Source of the DNA: an uncultured Desulfobulbaceae bacterium
GTDB taxonomy: Bacteria > Desulfobacterota > Desulfobulbia > Desulfobulbales > BM004
Assembly: GCA_945787325.1 (NCBI GenBank)
Contig: CALZHP010000004.1
Span: 2,262 to 66,261, forward strand
Length of the DNA: 64,000 bases
Reading direction: 5' to 3'
A model generated the notes under the pieces. The model saw nothing but the letters and a program-made list of their open reading frames with translations, was not told the DNA's origin and ran no database searches. The translations under genes and the position numbers were made by a program. Positions 50,044-60,760 of the stretch are shown in pieces (positions within the stretch are counted from its first letter, which is position 1; each line of letters starts with the position of its first letter).

Positions 50044-51219
50044 ATGTCATTCAGAATGGCGGAAACTGAGTCAATGGCCAGAATTAAGGTCATAGGTGTA
50101 GGTGGTGGAGGAGGAAACGCCGTCAACACCATGGTGGACAACAATCTGCAAGGCATCGAGTTCATTGCTGCAAATACCGATATCCAAGCCCTGGAAAATT
50201 CCAAGGCGGACATCAGACTGCAGCTGGGACCAGGTGTCACCAAGGGGCTTGGCGCAGGAGCCGACCCCGAACGCGGAAGAGACGCAGCTGAAGAAAGTGT
50301 CGAGGATATCCGTAAACTTCTGAAAGATACGGATATGGTTTTTGTTACTGCCGGACTGGGAGGAGGTACGGGCACTGGAGCGGCTCCGATTGTATCCCGG
50401 GTCAGCCGGGAAGCAGGAGCTCTCACTGTGGCAGTTGTCACCAAACCTTTTTTCTTTGAAGCTAAAACCCGTATGAATAAAGCGGAAGAAGGCTGGGAAG
50501 AACTCAAGGAACATGTTGATACAATAATCACCATACCAAACGACCGCCTTTTATCCATTATGCAGAAAGGCAGCAAACTGATGGATATGATGAAAAAGGC
50601 AGACGATGTCCTGCTACAGGCAGTGAAAGGCATCACCGACCTCATCAATCTTCCTGGCCATATGAATGTCGACTTCGCTGATCTTCGAACTGTAATGAGA
50701 CAGGTTGGGCCCGCAATAATGGGTGCCGGAGTCGGTGTTGGAGAGAACAGAGCAGTAGAGGCCGCTAAAAAAGCAATAGATAACCCCCTGCTTCAAGACG
50801 TCGGTATCGACGGTGCCAAAGGTGTTCTTATAAATATATCCGCCAGTGAAGACTCGCTTACCATGACTGAATTCATGGAAGCATCTACCCTGATTCAGGA
50901 AAAAGCCCATGTTGATGCTAATATCATTGTAGGTGCCCTTTTCGATGAAAGCCTCGGTGATGAACTTCGGGTTACCGTTATTGCAACGGGAATAAATGAA
51001 GAAGAGGAACTTTTTGCCGTCCCTGAACCTGTACTACCGATAAATAGGGTTAAGGAAGAAAAAGCAAATGAGTCCGATGATAAAACTACTGAAAGAACAT
51101 CAAACAGGCCTTCCTACCGAAAAAATAAAGGTGATGTGAGAAGACCTGTACCAGTTCCAAGGTTTCTGGACGAGTCGGAACTTGAAACACCGACCTATTT
51201 GAGACAAGCGGCAGACTGA
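50044..51219 (+). CDS. ftsZ: cell division protein FtsZ
   Basis: GVGGGGGNAVN, the GGGTGTGAAP tubulin signature, and the C-terminal peptide ELETPTYLRQ. Confidence 0.97.
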   Translation: MSFRMAETESMARIKVIGVGGGGGNAVNTMVDNNLQGIEFIAANTDIQALENSKADIRLQLGPGVTKGLGAGADPERGRDAAEESVEDIRKLLKDTDMVFVTAGLGGGTGTGAAPIVSRVSREAGALTVAVVTKPFFFEAKTRMNKAEEGWEELKEHVDTIITIPNDRLLSIMQKGSKLMDMMKKADDVLLQAVKGITDLINLPGHMNVDFADLRTVMRQVGPAIMGAGVGVGENRAVEAAKKAIDNPLLQDVGIDGAKGVLINISASEDSLTMTEFMEASTLIQEKAHVDANIIVGALFDESLGDELRVTVIATGINEEEELFAVPEPVLPINRVKEEKANESDDKTTERTSNRPSYRKNKGDVRRPVPVPRFLDESELETPTYLRQAAD

Positions 51220-51279
51220 TCAGGACATGCAGATTGATGGATTTACACATGCCGGGTTTATATGATGTAAAGGAGTTAA

Positions 51280-53055
51280 ATGGGCCGAAAGAATTCTTCT
51301 GCCGCTAAAGCCTCAGAGCATAATGATTATCTGTCGCGCGAAGCAGGAGGATGGAAGAAAAAATGGAAAGGAAAGCTTCCTGTAGCTCTTATCTACCCCA
51401 ACACGTACCCGGTCGGCATGTCAAATCTGGGCTACCAACTGGTATACGGCCTGCTAAATGAACATCCTGATATTGTCGCGGAAAGAATTTTTCTAACGGA
51501 TGGGGATAAAAGGCCTGTATCAGTTGAATCCTGCAGGCCTTTACTGGATTTCCCTATACTCCTCTGTTCAATAAGTTTTGAACATGATTATCTTCAACTC
51601 CTGAAATTGCTCGATCTCGGCGGGCTTCCCCCCTTAGCCGCAGATCGAGCAAGGACAGGATTTAATTTTTCAGGTTCTTCCCAAAAGCCTCCAGGCACCG
51701 GACCACTTGTGATTGCCGGCGGCGTTGCCACCTTTATTAACCCCGAACCACTCGCCCCCTTTATCGACCTGTTCATCATCGGTGAAGCAGAACCAATATT
51801 ACCGCAAGTTATGGAATTTCTTCGTTCAAAAACCGGTCCTGTCGATAGAAATACATTACTCAGGGAACTGGCCGTAAAGTACCAGGGATGCTACGTGCCT
51901 GAATTATATGAGGAAACCTATAACGATGATGGCACTCTTTCACCAACTACAGCTTCTTCTGGACTGCCTAAAAGAATAAAAAAAATTACACTATCCAGCC
52001 TACAGGACAAAGCCGGTCATTCGCTTGTAATGAGTCCTGACGCTGAGTTTGCCAACCTGTATATGACCGAACTTGGACGCGGATGCAGCAGGGGCTGCCG
52101 CTTCTGCGCAGCTGGATTTGTCTACAGACCTCCACGCCTGTGGAGCGCTGATACAATAATCAGCGCGCTTAATGAACGCCTTCCCGGCAGTAAACGAGTT
52201 GGTCTTCTGGGCATGGAAATGGCCAGGCGTGAAGACCTTGTATCCATCGCCGACTATCTGCTAAAAGATTCCTGTTCCCTTTCATTTTCCTCATTGAGGG
52301 CTGATGTCATAACCCCTGAACTGCTTGATCTGTTGGGTCAGAGCGGACTCAAATCAGCAGCAATCGCACCCGACGGAGGATCTGAACGTCTAAGAAAAGT
52401 CATCAACAAAAATATTACTGAAAAAGATCTGCTAACTGCCGCTGGAGCACTTGTCAATGCTGGGGTAATGAATCTCAAGCTCTATTTCATGATTGGCCTT
52501 CCAACTGAAACCGATGATGACATTCTGGAAATGGTTGAATTGACACGCAGGATAAAGAAGAAAATTCTTAAAATCGGGCAGCAAAAGAAAAAGCTCGCGA
52601 CACTTACTTTAAGTGTTAACAATTTCATTCCAAAACCATGGACACCATTCCAGTACGAATCCTTTACACCCATTTCTCTATTGAAAAAAAGGATAAAACT
52701 CCTACGAAGTAAGCTGGCAGGTGAATCTAATATTAAAATTACGGTCGACAGCCCAGAAAAGGCGTATTTCCAGGCCGTTCTTGCCCGCGGAGACCGTAAG
52801 GTAGGACGCGTACTTCTTCAAATTGCCAGATCAGGCAAAAACTGGCGCCAGGTTTTTAAACAGGAGGGAATAAAGCCAGAAGATTATGCCATGCGGAAAA
52901 GGGAACAATTTGAAGTCTTTCCTTGGGAAATCATTGACCATGGTATTGATCGGCAGTATCTTTGGGCCGAATACAAAAAAGCATTGATTGGAAAAGCAAC
53001 CGGTCCTTGCGATACGGAAATATGTAAACGCTGCGGAGTATGTAATGACCAGTGA
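51280..53055 (+). CDS. B12-binding-domain radical SAM protein (TIGR03960-like, name recalled from memory)
   Basis: CxxxCxxC cluster GCSRGCRFCAAG. The N-terminal region YPNTYPVGMSNLGYQ is typical of this family. Confidence 0.8.
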   Translation: MGRKNSSAAKASEHNDYLSREAGGWKKKWKGKLPVALIYPNTYPVGMSNLGYQLVYGLLNEHPDIVAERIFLTDGDKRPVSVESCRPLLDFPILLCSISFEHDYLQLLKLLDLGGLPPLAADRARTGFNFSGSSQKPPGTGPLVIAGGVATFINPEPLAPFIDLFIIGEAEPILPQVMEFLRSKTGPVDRNTLLRELAVKYQGCYVPELYEETYNDDGTLSPTTASSGLPKRIKKITLSSLQDKAGHSLVMSPDAEFANLYMTELGRGCSRGCRFCAAGFVYRPPRLWSADTIISALNERLPGSKRVGLLGMEMARREDLVSIADYLLKDSCSLSFSSLRADVITPELLDLLGQSGLKSAAIAPDGGSERLRKVINKNITEKDLLTAAGALVNAGVMNLKLYFMIGLPTETDDDILEMVELTRRIKKKILKIGQQKKKLATLTLSVNNFIPKPWTPFQYESFTPISLLKKRIKLLRSKLAGESNIKITVDSPEKAYFQAVLARGDRKVGRVLLQIARSGKNWRQVFKQEGIKPEDYAMRKREQFEVFPWEIIDHGIDRQYLWAEYKKALIGKATGPCDTEICKRCGVCNDQ

Positions 53056-54472
53056 TGCAGTTAAAACAGATCTGGCAAGCCTGAAACCATTCAGGCTTGT
53101 TAAATTTTTCTCATTCACGGGCCTGAGTGTTGTTCTTGTTTTCACAATGGTCCTTTCGTGGGTTATTTCCAACAACGCCCAGAAAGTATTGTTGGAACGA
53201 AGCGAGTCATATGCTCTTCTTCTTGCTGAAAACCTCAACAAACAGGTCTTCCTTCAGTTCGTGCTACCGACTGCATTACGTTACGGCGGTATCGCTCTAA
53301 GGAATCCCAAACAGTTTGAGAGGCTTGATAATGTTGTGCGCAATACAACCCTGGGATTGAACGTGGATTCTGTGACTATCTTTGACTCGCAGGAAAATAT
53401 CATTTCTTACAGCACAATTCAGGAGCAAGTTGGCAAGGAAGATGTGGGTGGTATGGAATATAAAAAAGCTCTAGCGGGCGAAAATTCCACTATCCTGATT
53501 TCGAGAGGGAATCTGCTCGACCTGTTTCCCGGTTCTTCAGACATTTCGTGTAAATTGAAAACGTATATTCCCTTCCGCCAGGAACACAATCCTGACAAAG
53601 AACTCATAGGTGTTACAGAAATTGTCCTCGATCTGTCAGACGACCTCAGGGCTATTATTAAACTTCAGGGCACGATTATTATTGTTTCATTACTTGTAAT
53701 GAGCATGTTGTTTGTCGTTCTGCGACTCATAGTGGAACGAGCAGACCGCATTATTGAGGCGAGGGCGCAGGAAAGACGAAAACTTGAAATCAAACTGCAT
53801 GATGCCGAAAGGCTGGCAACACTTGGAAAAATGGTTGCTGCTGTTTCACATGAGATAAAAAGCCCATTGGGGATCATCAGAAGTACTGCTGAAATACTAA
53901 ACAAACGAGCAAAAAGCGAAAGCATTGGTAGTGATAACCTTACAAATATAATAATCGAAGAAACTACGCGGCTGAATGGGATTGTCATGGAGTTTCTGGA
54001 CTTCGCAAGACCGCATATTCCTCAATTAAAACTTTCTTCAATCAATGATATTCTCTTGAAAGTCATACAGTTTATGGAACCGGAGTTCAACAAGAACGAC
54101 ATTAAGCTGGTCAGCAATCTTGATCCTTCGCTTAACCCGCTTGAAGTGGACCAGAACCTACTGCATAGAGGCTTTCTGAATATATTAGTCAATGCCGTCC
54201 AGGCTATGCCGGAAGGCGGGACTTTAACGGTTTCCTCCAAAAGATTGAGTAGAAAAGGCTCCGCTCTTATAGAAATTACAGATACCGGGTCCGGCATGTC
54301 CCCGGAAAAGCAGGAAAAGATATTCACGCCCTTTTTCACAGATAAAAACCGGGGCACTGGCCTCGGCCTTCCCATTGTAAGAAACATTATCGACAGTCAC
54401 AGCGGGACGATAGAAGTGGTCAGCAAAGAAGGTGAAGGAACAACCTTTTCTATTGTTCTAGGAAATCAGTAG
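53045..54472 (+). CDS. sensor histidine kinase
   Basis: Two TM segments flank a periplasmic domain. H-box SHEIKSPLG, N-box LVNAVQAM, G-boxes DTGSGM and GTGLGL. The ATG at 53045 overlaps the radical-SAM stop by 11 nt. Confidence 0.88.
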   Translation: MTSDAVKTDLASLKPFRLVKFFSFTGLSVVLVFTMVLSWVISNNAQKVLLERSESYALLLAENLNKQVFLQFVLPTALRYGGIALRNPKQFERLDNVVRNTTLGLNVDSVTIFDSQENIISYSTIQEQVGKEDVGGMEYKKALAGENSTILISRGNLLDLFPGSSDISCKLKTYIPFRQEHNPDKELIGVTEIVLDLSDDLRAIIKLQGTIIIVSLLVMSMLFVVLRLIVERADRIIEARAQERRKLEIKLHDAERLATLGKMVAAVSHEIKSPLGIIRSTAEILNKRAKSESIGSDNLTNIIIEETTRLNGIVMEFLDFARPHIPQLKLSSINDILLKVIQFMEPEFNKNDIKLVSNLDPSLNPLEVDQNLLHRGFLNILVNAVQAMPEGGTLTVSSKRLSRKGSALIEITDTGSGMSPEKQEKIFTPFFTDKNRGTGLGLPIVRNIIDSHSGTIEVVSKEGEGTTFSIVLGNQ

Positions 54473-54504
54473 AATTGAAGTTCGGATCCTTCTTTATTTT
54501 CAAC

Positions 54505-57030
54505 TTATTCCGGATTAAAAAAACGCAGACGAAGTGCATTTGTCACCACCGAAACGGAGCTCATGGCCATGGCGCCACCGGCAATCATCGGATTCAGGGT
54601 CGGACCTCCGAATATATAAAGAAGCCCTGCCGCCACAGGGATGCCGACAATATTATAGATAAAGGCCCAAAAGAGGTTTTGCTTGATATTGCGCATGGTT
54701 GCGCGACTCAAGGATAAAGCGGTAAGCACCCCTTCAAGTTCCCCCCGCATCAACACAATGTCACCAGATTCGATGGCTACATCAATTCCCGTGCCCATGG
54801 CAATGCCGACATCAGCTTTGGCAAGTGCCGGTGCATCATTGATGCCGTCACCTACCATGGCTACCGTGTGTCCCTCTTCCTGCAGGTCTGCCACTTTTGC
54901 AGCCTTATGTTCCGGCATTACCTGGGCTATTACCTCGGTTATTCCAGCCTGACCGGCAATAGCCCTGGCCGTTTCTTCATTGTCTCCGGTCAGCATAACA
55001 AGCTTCAGTCCCATTTTCTTGAGCCTGCTTATGGTCTTGTCCACTTTCGGTTTTATCTGATCTGCTATAGCAAGCAGTGAGCTGAGCCTGTTATCAATAG
55101 CCAGAAACAACACCGTTTTTCCTTGCCGCGACAGGCCAGAAACAACTTCATTGCCAGCCTCTGGGATATCAGTTCCAATAACTCCTGATTCCTCCATAAA
55201 TTCCCTGTTGCCGAGTAGCAGGTCATGATTGTCAACACGGGCACGAATGCCGCGTCCGGGAACTGCCTCAAATGTTTCAGGGTCTGGCAGGGCCAGCTTC
55301 TTTTCTATTCCTGCATTCACAATGGCCTCGGCAAGAGGATGTTCGGAAGATTGTTCTGCACCGGCCACAATTGAAAGAATATCGGCGTCGGAAAGGTTCT
55401 GGCCGGGAAGAACTATATGGTCGGTCAGGGCCGGTTTTCCATATGTCAGCGTCCCGGTCTTATCAAACACAATGGCCTGTACCTTCTGTGCCATCTCCAG
55501 GGCCTCACCGCTTTTGATCAGGACTCCAAGCTGGGCTCCCCTGCCTGTCCCGACCATTATTGATGTGGGAGTGGCAAGCCCCATGGCACATGGGCAGGCA
55601 ATAACAAGCACGGCTACAAATATACGCAGCGCAAAGGGAAAGTCTGCAGTCCCGATATAATACCAGGCCAGACCTGAAAGAACAGCGATGACCATGACTA
55701 TGGGTACGAAATAAAAACTGATCCTGTCGGCCAGGTTAGCGATCGGTGCTTTGGACCCCTGCGCCTCCTGCACCATACGGATAATTCTCGACAAGACAGT
55801 ATCCTGCCCCACTCTTTCGGCCTGAACTCTCAGTGCCCCATTCTTATTAAGTGTACCGCCGATAACTTTGTCACCTTCTTCTTTTGACACCGGCAGACTT
55901 TCACCGGTCAGCATCGACTCATCGACACTGGAACGACCCTTTATGATAACGCCGTCCATGGGGACCCGTTCGCCTGGACGGACGAGGATAACATCTTCAG
56001 CTTCGATTTCCTCGGCCAGAATTTTCACCATCTCTTCGACCCCTTTTTCATCTACCCTAACCAGGGTCGCTTCATCGGGCGTAAGCTGCATCAATTGGCT
56101 GATGGCATCTGAAGTTTTTGCCTTGGAACGTGTTTCTAGGTATTTCCCTAAAGAAACGAGAGCGATCAATACACCTGCTGATTCGAAATACAGGTCCATA
56201 ACTCTAGCCATAGGATCAATGCCGAGAGCTATCTCGACAAGATTCCAGGTGCTGTAAGTAAACGCTGCTCCTGTCCCAACGGCGATAAGTGAATCCATGT
56301 TGGGCGACCCCCTGAACAGGCTCGGGAAACCAACCTGGTAGAATCTGCGACCGGACCACATAACCGGCAGCACCAGAAAAAATTGGGCCAATGCAAAATT
56401 GAAAGGCGAATGATGGGGATCAAGCATCTTCGGCAGGGGCATGCCAACCATTTCACCCATGGACAGAACAAGGAGGATAAAAGCAAAACAGAAGGCCGGG
56501 ACCAGATCCCTCTTCATTTTTGCAAGTTTTTCCAGATTCTCCTGCTGTTTTTTGGCTAGTGCCGAGCCCCCCGTAGATGTATCTATAAAAGCTTCGAAAC
56601 CTATCCTGTTTATTGCTTCCCGTATTTTACGCTGACTGGTTTTACCGCGCTCAAAATGCACCACGGCTGTTTCCATGGGCAGGTTAACGGAAGCACTGGT
56701 AACGCCAGGCATTTTAGAAACGACCCTTTCAATACGCGAAGAACACGACGCACAGGTCATACCCTTAATAGCAAGGTCAAGTTTTACATCGGTTGATGGT
56801 TTAACCAGCTCAAAACCAAGCCCTTTAACCTTGTCGGCAATTTCATCGATGTTTAATTTCTCTGGATCCCATTCGAGATCCATACTCTCAGCAGCAAGAT
56901 TCACTGAGGCTTTAACAACACCATCCTGCGCCGACAGAACCCTTTCAATACGTGAGGAACAGGAAGCACAGGTCATCCCCTTAACGGCAACCTGAGCCTT
57001 CTGCGTTTCAATTTCTTCTGAATGATCCAA
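54505..57030 (-). CDS. copA: copper-translocating P1B-type ATPase
   Basis: Two N-terminal HMA domains (GMTCASC twice), the CPC motif, DKTGT and [11 protein letters not shown] start. Confidence 0.93.
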   Translation of the reverse strand: MDHSEEIETQKAQVAVKGMTCASCSSRIERVLSAQDGVVKASVNLAAESMDLEWDPEKLNIDEIADKVKGLGFELVKPSTDVKLDLAIKGMTCASCSSRIERVVSKMPGVTSASVNLPMETAVVHFERGKTSQRKIREAINRIGFEAFIDTSTGGSALAKKQQENLEKLAKMKRDLVPAFCFAFILLVLSMGEMVGMPLPKMLDPHHSPFNFALAQFFLVLPVMWSGRRFYQVGFPSLFRGSPNMDSLIAVGTGAAFTYSTWNLVEIALGIDPMARVMDLYFESAGVLIALVSLGKYLETRSKAKTSDAISQLMQLTPDEATLVRVDEKGVEEMVKILAEEIEAEDVILVRPGERVPMDGVIIKGRSSVDESMLTGESLPVSKEEGDKVIGGTLNKNGALRVQAERVGQDTVLSRIIRMVQEAQGSKAPIANLADRISFYFVPIVMVIAVLSGLAWYYIGTADFPFALRIFVAVLVIACPCAMGLATPTSIMVGTGRGAQLGVLIKSGEALEMAQKVQAIVFDKTGTLTYGKPALTDHIVLPGQNLSDADILSIVAGAEQSSEHPLAEAIVNAGIEKKLALPDPETFEAVPGRGIRARVDNHDLLLGNREFMEESGVIGTDIPEAGNEVVSGLSRQGKTVLFLAIDNRLSSLLAIADQIKPKVDKTISRLKKMGLKLVMLTGDNEETARAIAGQAGITEVIAQVMPEHKAAKVADLQEEGHTVAMVGDGINDAPALAKADVGIAMGTGIDVAIESGDIVLMRGELEGVLTALSLSRATMRNIKQNLFWAFIYNIVGIPVAAGLLYIFGGPTLNPMIAGGAMAMSSVSVVTNALRLRFFNPE

Positions 57031-57094
57031 TTTGTTATCCTAAATAACTAGTTCTTAGTACTTCAATGTAGTTGCTTAAATTATTAATTTAATC

Positions 57095-57245
57095 TTTTTC
57101 TCATTAAATATTCATTATTGAATCTTCAATATTCAATATTTAGCAATCATTTTTCAATTTCTATTCCATATGCCATGCGCCCAGAGTCTTATGCCTTTTA
57201 ATTTTTCATTATTCAATAGTCATTATTCATTCAATATTCTCGATC
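57095..57245. repeat. second locus of the dispersed short-repeat family seen at 7722-8112
   Basis: TTCAATATTCAATATT (57125-57140), a TATGCCTTTTA module near 57190, and TTCATTATTCAATA-type modules. Confidence 0.6.
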
Positions 57246-57466
57246 GGCAGAGATTATAATCACTATATTGCTATTAAGCAAAATCACCGCCCATTTTAAA
57301 AAAACATACCACAGCGTGCCAGCCCATCGTGCATCAGACTTTTCATCATGTGCACTACCCACCGGAAATATTTGACACACCACATGATTCAATATATTTT
57401 GCAGCCTGTTTTTTTAAGTAAACTATAAAAAAATTTCAAATAAATATATACAGAAGGAAAACTACC

Positions 57467-59206
57467 ATGAGTACAAAAATAGTTATCATTGGTGGGGTCG
57501 CGGCCGGTCCCAAGACAGCCTGCAGAGTAAAAAGGCTCATGCAGGATTCCCAAGTCACAATTATCGATCAGGACAGCCTCATCTCATACGGCGGCTGTGG
57601 TATTCCATATTATGTTTCAGGCGATGTCTCTGATGAAAAGGAGCTGCGATCTACCAGCTTCCACATGGTACGCGACGAAGCTTTTTTTGAGAACGCCAAG
57701 GGTGTTACGGTACGCACTAGAACGCGCGCCCTTTCAGTTGATCGCAAATCTAAAACAGTAGAAGTGGAAAATATTGAAAATGGCGAAAAAGATAAAATAT
57801 CGTTCGACAAGCTCGTCCTTGCCACCGGCAGCCGTCCCAATCGGCTCCCTATAGATGGAGCCGATCTGCAGGGTGTCTACACCATTAGCGATATGCATAA
57901 GGCTATCGCTATCAAAGAAGACCTGGCCCAGGGAAAAGTTGGCCGTGCCGTGGTTATCGGCGGTGGCGCCATCGGTATCGAGATGGCTGAAGCCCTCGGG
58001 GACCTATGGGGTGTTGAGACTACCGTGGTCGAATACATGCCGCAGCTTCTGCCCAGAATTGTTGATAAAACTTTCGCTGGCATGGTTGAAAAACACCTGC
58101 GGGATAAAGGTGTTACTGTCCTCACAAGTGAAAGCGCCACCCGCCTGGAAAGAGATGACAATGGCTGGGTATGCAGAGTGGTTACAGGTGAAAGATCAAT
58201 TGATACAGATCTTGTCGTCATGTCGGTAGGGGTTCGGGCGCGAAGCGAACTTGCCAGAGAAGCCGGATTATTAGTATCTCCGCAAGGCGGCATTGTCGTC
58301 AATAACCGTCTACAGACCTCCGATCCTGATATCTACGCGGCCGGTGACTGTATTGAAACAATTAATCTAGTCACCGGTAAAAAAAGTCATGCCCCCATGG
58401 GTTCCCTGGCAAACCGCCAGGGCCGTGTCGTCGCGGACAATCTAGCGGGCATAGCAAGCACATTTGATGGTTGGATAGGCACTTTTATCTTAAAGGCATT
58501 CAATGTTAGCATTGGCGCCACTGGTCTTTCGCTGGAAGCCGCTAAAGCTGAAGGATACGATGCAGATATTGCCATAACAGCCCAGTCCGACCGGGCTCAT
58601 TTTTTCCCTACTCAGACAGTTGTACTCCTGCAGATGGTTTTTGACAGGAAAAACAGAAGAGTCCTCGGCCTGCAGGGATTTTCATCCATGGGTGAAGAAG
58701 TTAACGACAATGTGCTGGCCCGTATTAATGCCTCGGCCGCTCTTATTGCCAAAGGGGCAACCATAGAGGATTTCATCGATCTGGAAATGGCATATGCACC
58801 ACCTTTTGCTACCGCGCTCGATGCTCTGAACGCCACTGCCAACGTTGCTGATAACGTGGCAACCGGCCGACTGCGAACAGTATCCGTTGAAGACTTTCTT
58901 TCATGGATGGACAACCGTGACAGCCGCAAGGAGTGGGCCGCACTCGATATAAGGCATCCCGCAGAGGCGCAAGTCTTTGTAGATACTTTCGGTAAAGAAC
59001 AGTGGGTGTCGGTACCCTATGTTGAAATACGCAAGCGCTATAAAGAATTGCCAACCGATAAAAAACTGATCATTATCTGCGACGCCGGCACCCGCTCATC
59101 GGAAACCCAGAGTTTCCTAGACAGCATTGGCATGGAAAATAATCTGGTGCTGGGCGGCGGGTTTAATGTAATTCGAAGACTCCCAATCAACTGGTGGCCT
59201 GATTAA
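57467..59206 (+). CDS. FAD-dependent pyridine nucleotide-disulfide oxidoreductase with a C-terminal rhodanese domain (CoA-disulfide/persulfide reductase-like)
   Basis: IIGGVAAGPK, the redox Cys in YGGCGIPYY, VVIGGGAIGIEMAE, and the rhodanese active-site loop CDAGTRS. Confidence 0.85.
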   Translation: MSTKIVIIGGVAAGPKTACRVKRLMQDSQVTIIDQDSLISYGGCGIPYYVSGDVSDEKELRSTSFHMVRDEAFFENAKGVTVRTRTRALSVDRKSKTVEVENIENGEKDKISFDKLVLATGSRPNRLPIDGADLQGVYTISDMHKAIAIKEDLAQGKVGRAVVIGGGAIGIEMAEALGDLWGVETTVVEYMPQLLPRIVDKTFAGMVEKHLRDKGVTVLTSESATRLERDDNGWVCRVVTGERSIDTDLVVMSVGVRARSELAREAGLLVSPQGGIVVNNRLQTSDPDIYAAGDCIETINLVTGKKSHAPMGSLANRQGRVVADNLAGIASTFDGWIGTFILKAFNVSIGATGLSLEAAKAEGYDADIAITAQSDRAHFFPTQTVVLLQMVFDRKNRRVLGLQGFSSMGEEVNDNVLARINASAALIAKGATIEDFIDLEMAYAPPFATALDALNATANVADNVATGRLRTVSVEDFLSWMDNRDSRKEWAALDIRHPAEAQVFVDTFGKEQWVSVPYVEIRKRYKELPTDKKLIIICDAGTRSSETQSFLDSIGMENNLVLGGGFNVIRRLPINWWPD

Positions 59207-59239
59207 CGAGGCGATAAGGCCGAATCTACGGCGTCATCA

Positions 59240-59273
59240 GGCGCACCACATACCTATCGTATAGTGGTGCGCC
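59240..59273 (+). terminator. 10-bp GC-rich hairpin downstream of the oxidoreductase (terminator-like, weak T-run)
   Basis: GGCGCACCAC-14 nt-GTGGTGCGCC followed by CTCTTCCTT. Confidence 0.4.
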
Positions 59274-59444
59274 CTCTTCCTTGTATCTTCGTCCATCTCA
59301 CCTCGATAATTAGTTAATTTTAAGAGTACATAATACATAATTTTATCCATTACTTTTTCCAATTAATCTAATCATTTCAACAACAAAAATTCTGAAATTT
59401 GTTAATCCTTGAACACCATAATCCGCATGGAGGTCAGTCAAAAG

Positions 59445-60038
59445 CTACTCACAATTGTTATGCCGCTTCCACATTACCGGGTCGTGTCCCGGGGGGATGT
59501 TCTCACAGGGATCATTGTCACCATACCCGCGTAGATCGTTGTATAGATTCACCTGAGCTTTGCTTACGACAGGCAGTGCTTTTAAATGTGTCACGAGGTG
59601 AACATACCGCAACTGTTTTTTTATCTCATAAATGTCAGTCAAAAGCCTGTCCAGTTTCTTCTCGTCGATGTTGTTTGAAGCAAAAGAATAGTTAAGTGCT
59701 TTCTCTGCTTCGATGAGCTTATTGCCAAGTGGTACTGCTCCCGATTTCATCTCGAAAAATAATTCTTCAAGTTGAAGCACCTGTTTATCATTAAGATCAA
59801 TTTCTTTTTTCATCTCCAAGAGATGTTTAGGGCCCGGCACACCATTCAGTTCCGCCGCTTTTGCCAACCCCCAACCCTCACCGTTTTTCAGGGCTTTCAT
59901 ATCTGATTGTGAAAGGGTCTTGATCGGTCTTGTTTCCTGGCCGGCGTACTTTGAATGATACTTTGGCTGGTTGGTATCCTGTGCGTAACAATTTATAGAA
60001 AAGGCCAGCAGACTCACAAGAATAATTACTGATTTCAT
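59445..60038 (-). CDS. periplasmic helical protein with a Cys/His-rich C-terminal tail, function unknown
   Basis: Signal peptide MKSVIILVSLLAFSINCYA. C-terminal tail DPCENIPPGHDPVMWKRHNNCE. Confidence 0.6.
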   Translation of the reverse strand: MKSVIILVSLLAFSINCYAQDTNQPKYHSKYAGQETRPIKTLSQSDMKALKNGEGWGLAKAAELNGVPGPKHLLEMKKEIDLNDKQVLQLEELFFEMKSGAVPLGNKLIEAEKALNYSFASNNIDEKKLDRLLTDIYEIKKQLRYVHLVTHLKALPVVSKAQVNLYNDLRGYGDNDPCENIPPGHDPVMWKRHNNCE

Positions 60039-60125
60039 AATAAATCTCCTTTCTTGTATTCATAATATAAACTCTGGTTCTTGTGGGATTATGAACCAGA
60101 ACTGAGGAGTTTCATATGATTTCGA

Positions 60126-60728
60126 TCATACCACTTTCATTATCAAAATTTTACTTCGAAAACGTTTTATCAGCTTTTCACTTTCAAGTTTCGCAAGTTC
60201 CCGATAAAACGTTTCATGGGCCAGGCCGAGATCGGCAGCAGTCTCTTTATGAGATTTTTCTAATTGGACTTCAGCACTTTCAGGATCTGCAGCCAGGTAA
60301 AGATAGTGAAGTATCCGCTCTCTGGCGGAAAGAATATTTCTGAGTTCAAGTTTTGAGCGTAACGATCTTATTTGAGCTGATAAAAGAGCTATGTACCCTT
60401 CAGATATTTCAGGTTGGGTCCTCAATACTCCTAAAATGTGCTGCTTAGGATAGATATGTATTACAGAAGCTTTCAGTGCAATAGCACTACAATGGTATAT
60501 TTCAGAAAAAAGAGCGGCCTCCGCGAAACTTTCACCTTCGTTGGCGGTATGCATTGAAACCACCCTGCCCTCAACGGTATATCTTTCCAGCTGGATTTGT
60601 CCCTTCTCAACTGCAAAGATATTTCTGGCCTCATCGCCTTGTGAAAAAACATACTCTCCAGGCTTGAGAGTCATTTTTTTTACTGGATTAGTGGTGAAGA
60701 AAATATGTTCTAATGAACTAATAGTCAT
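60126..60728 (-). CDS. Crp/Fnr-family transcriptional regulator
   Basis: N-terminal cNMP-binding-type beta-barrel (GEYVFSQGDEARNIFAVEKGQI) and C-terminal HTH (HKETAADLGLAHETFYRELAKL). Confidence 0.85.
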   Translation of the reverse strand: MTISSLEHIFFTTNPVKKMTLKPGEYVFSQGDEARNIFAVEKGQIQLERYTVEGRVVSMHTANEGESFAEAALFSEIYHCSAIALKASVIHIYPKQHILGVLRTQPEISEGYIALLSAQIRSLRSKLELRNILSARERILHYLYLAADPESAEVQLEKSHKETAADLGLAHETFYRELAKLESEKLIKRFRSKILIMKVV

Positions 60729-60760
60729 TTAAAGAACTTATCCTTTTCTCTTACTATTTA

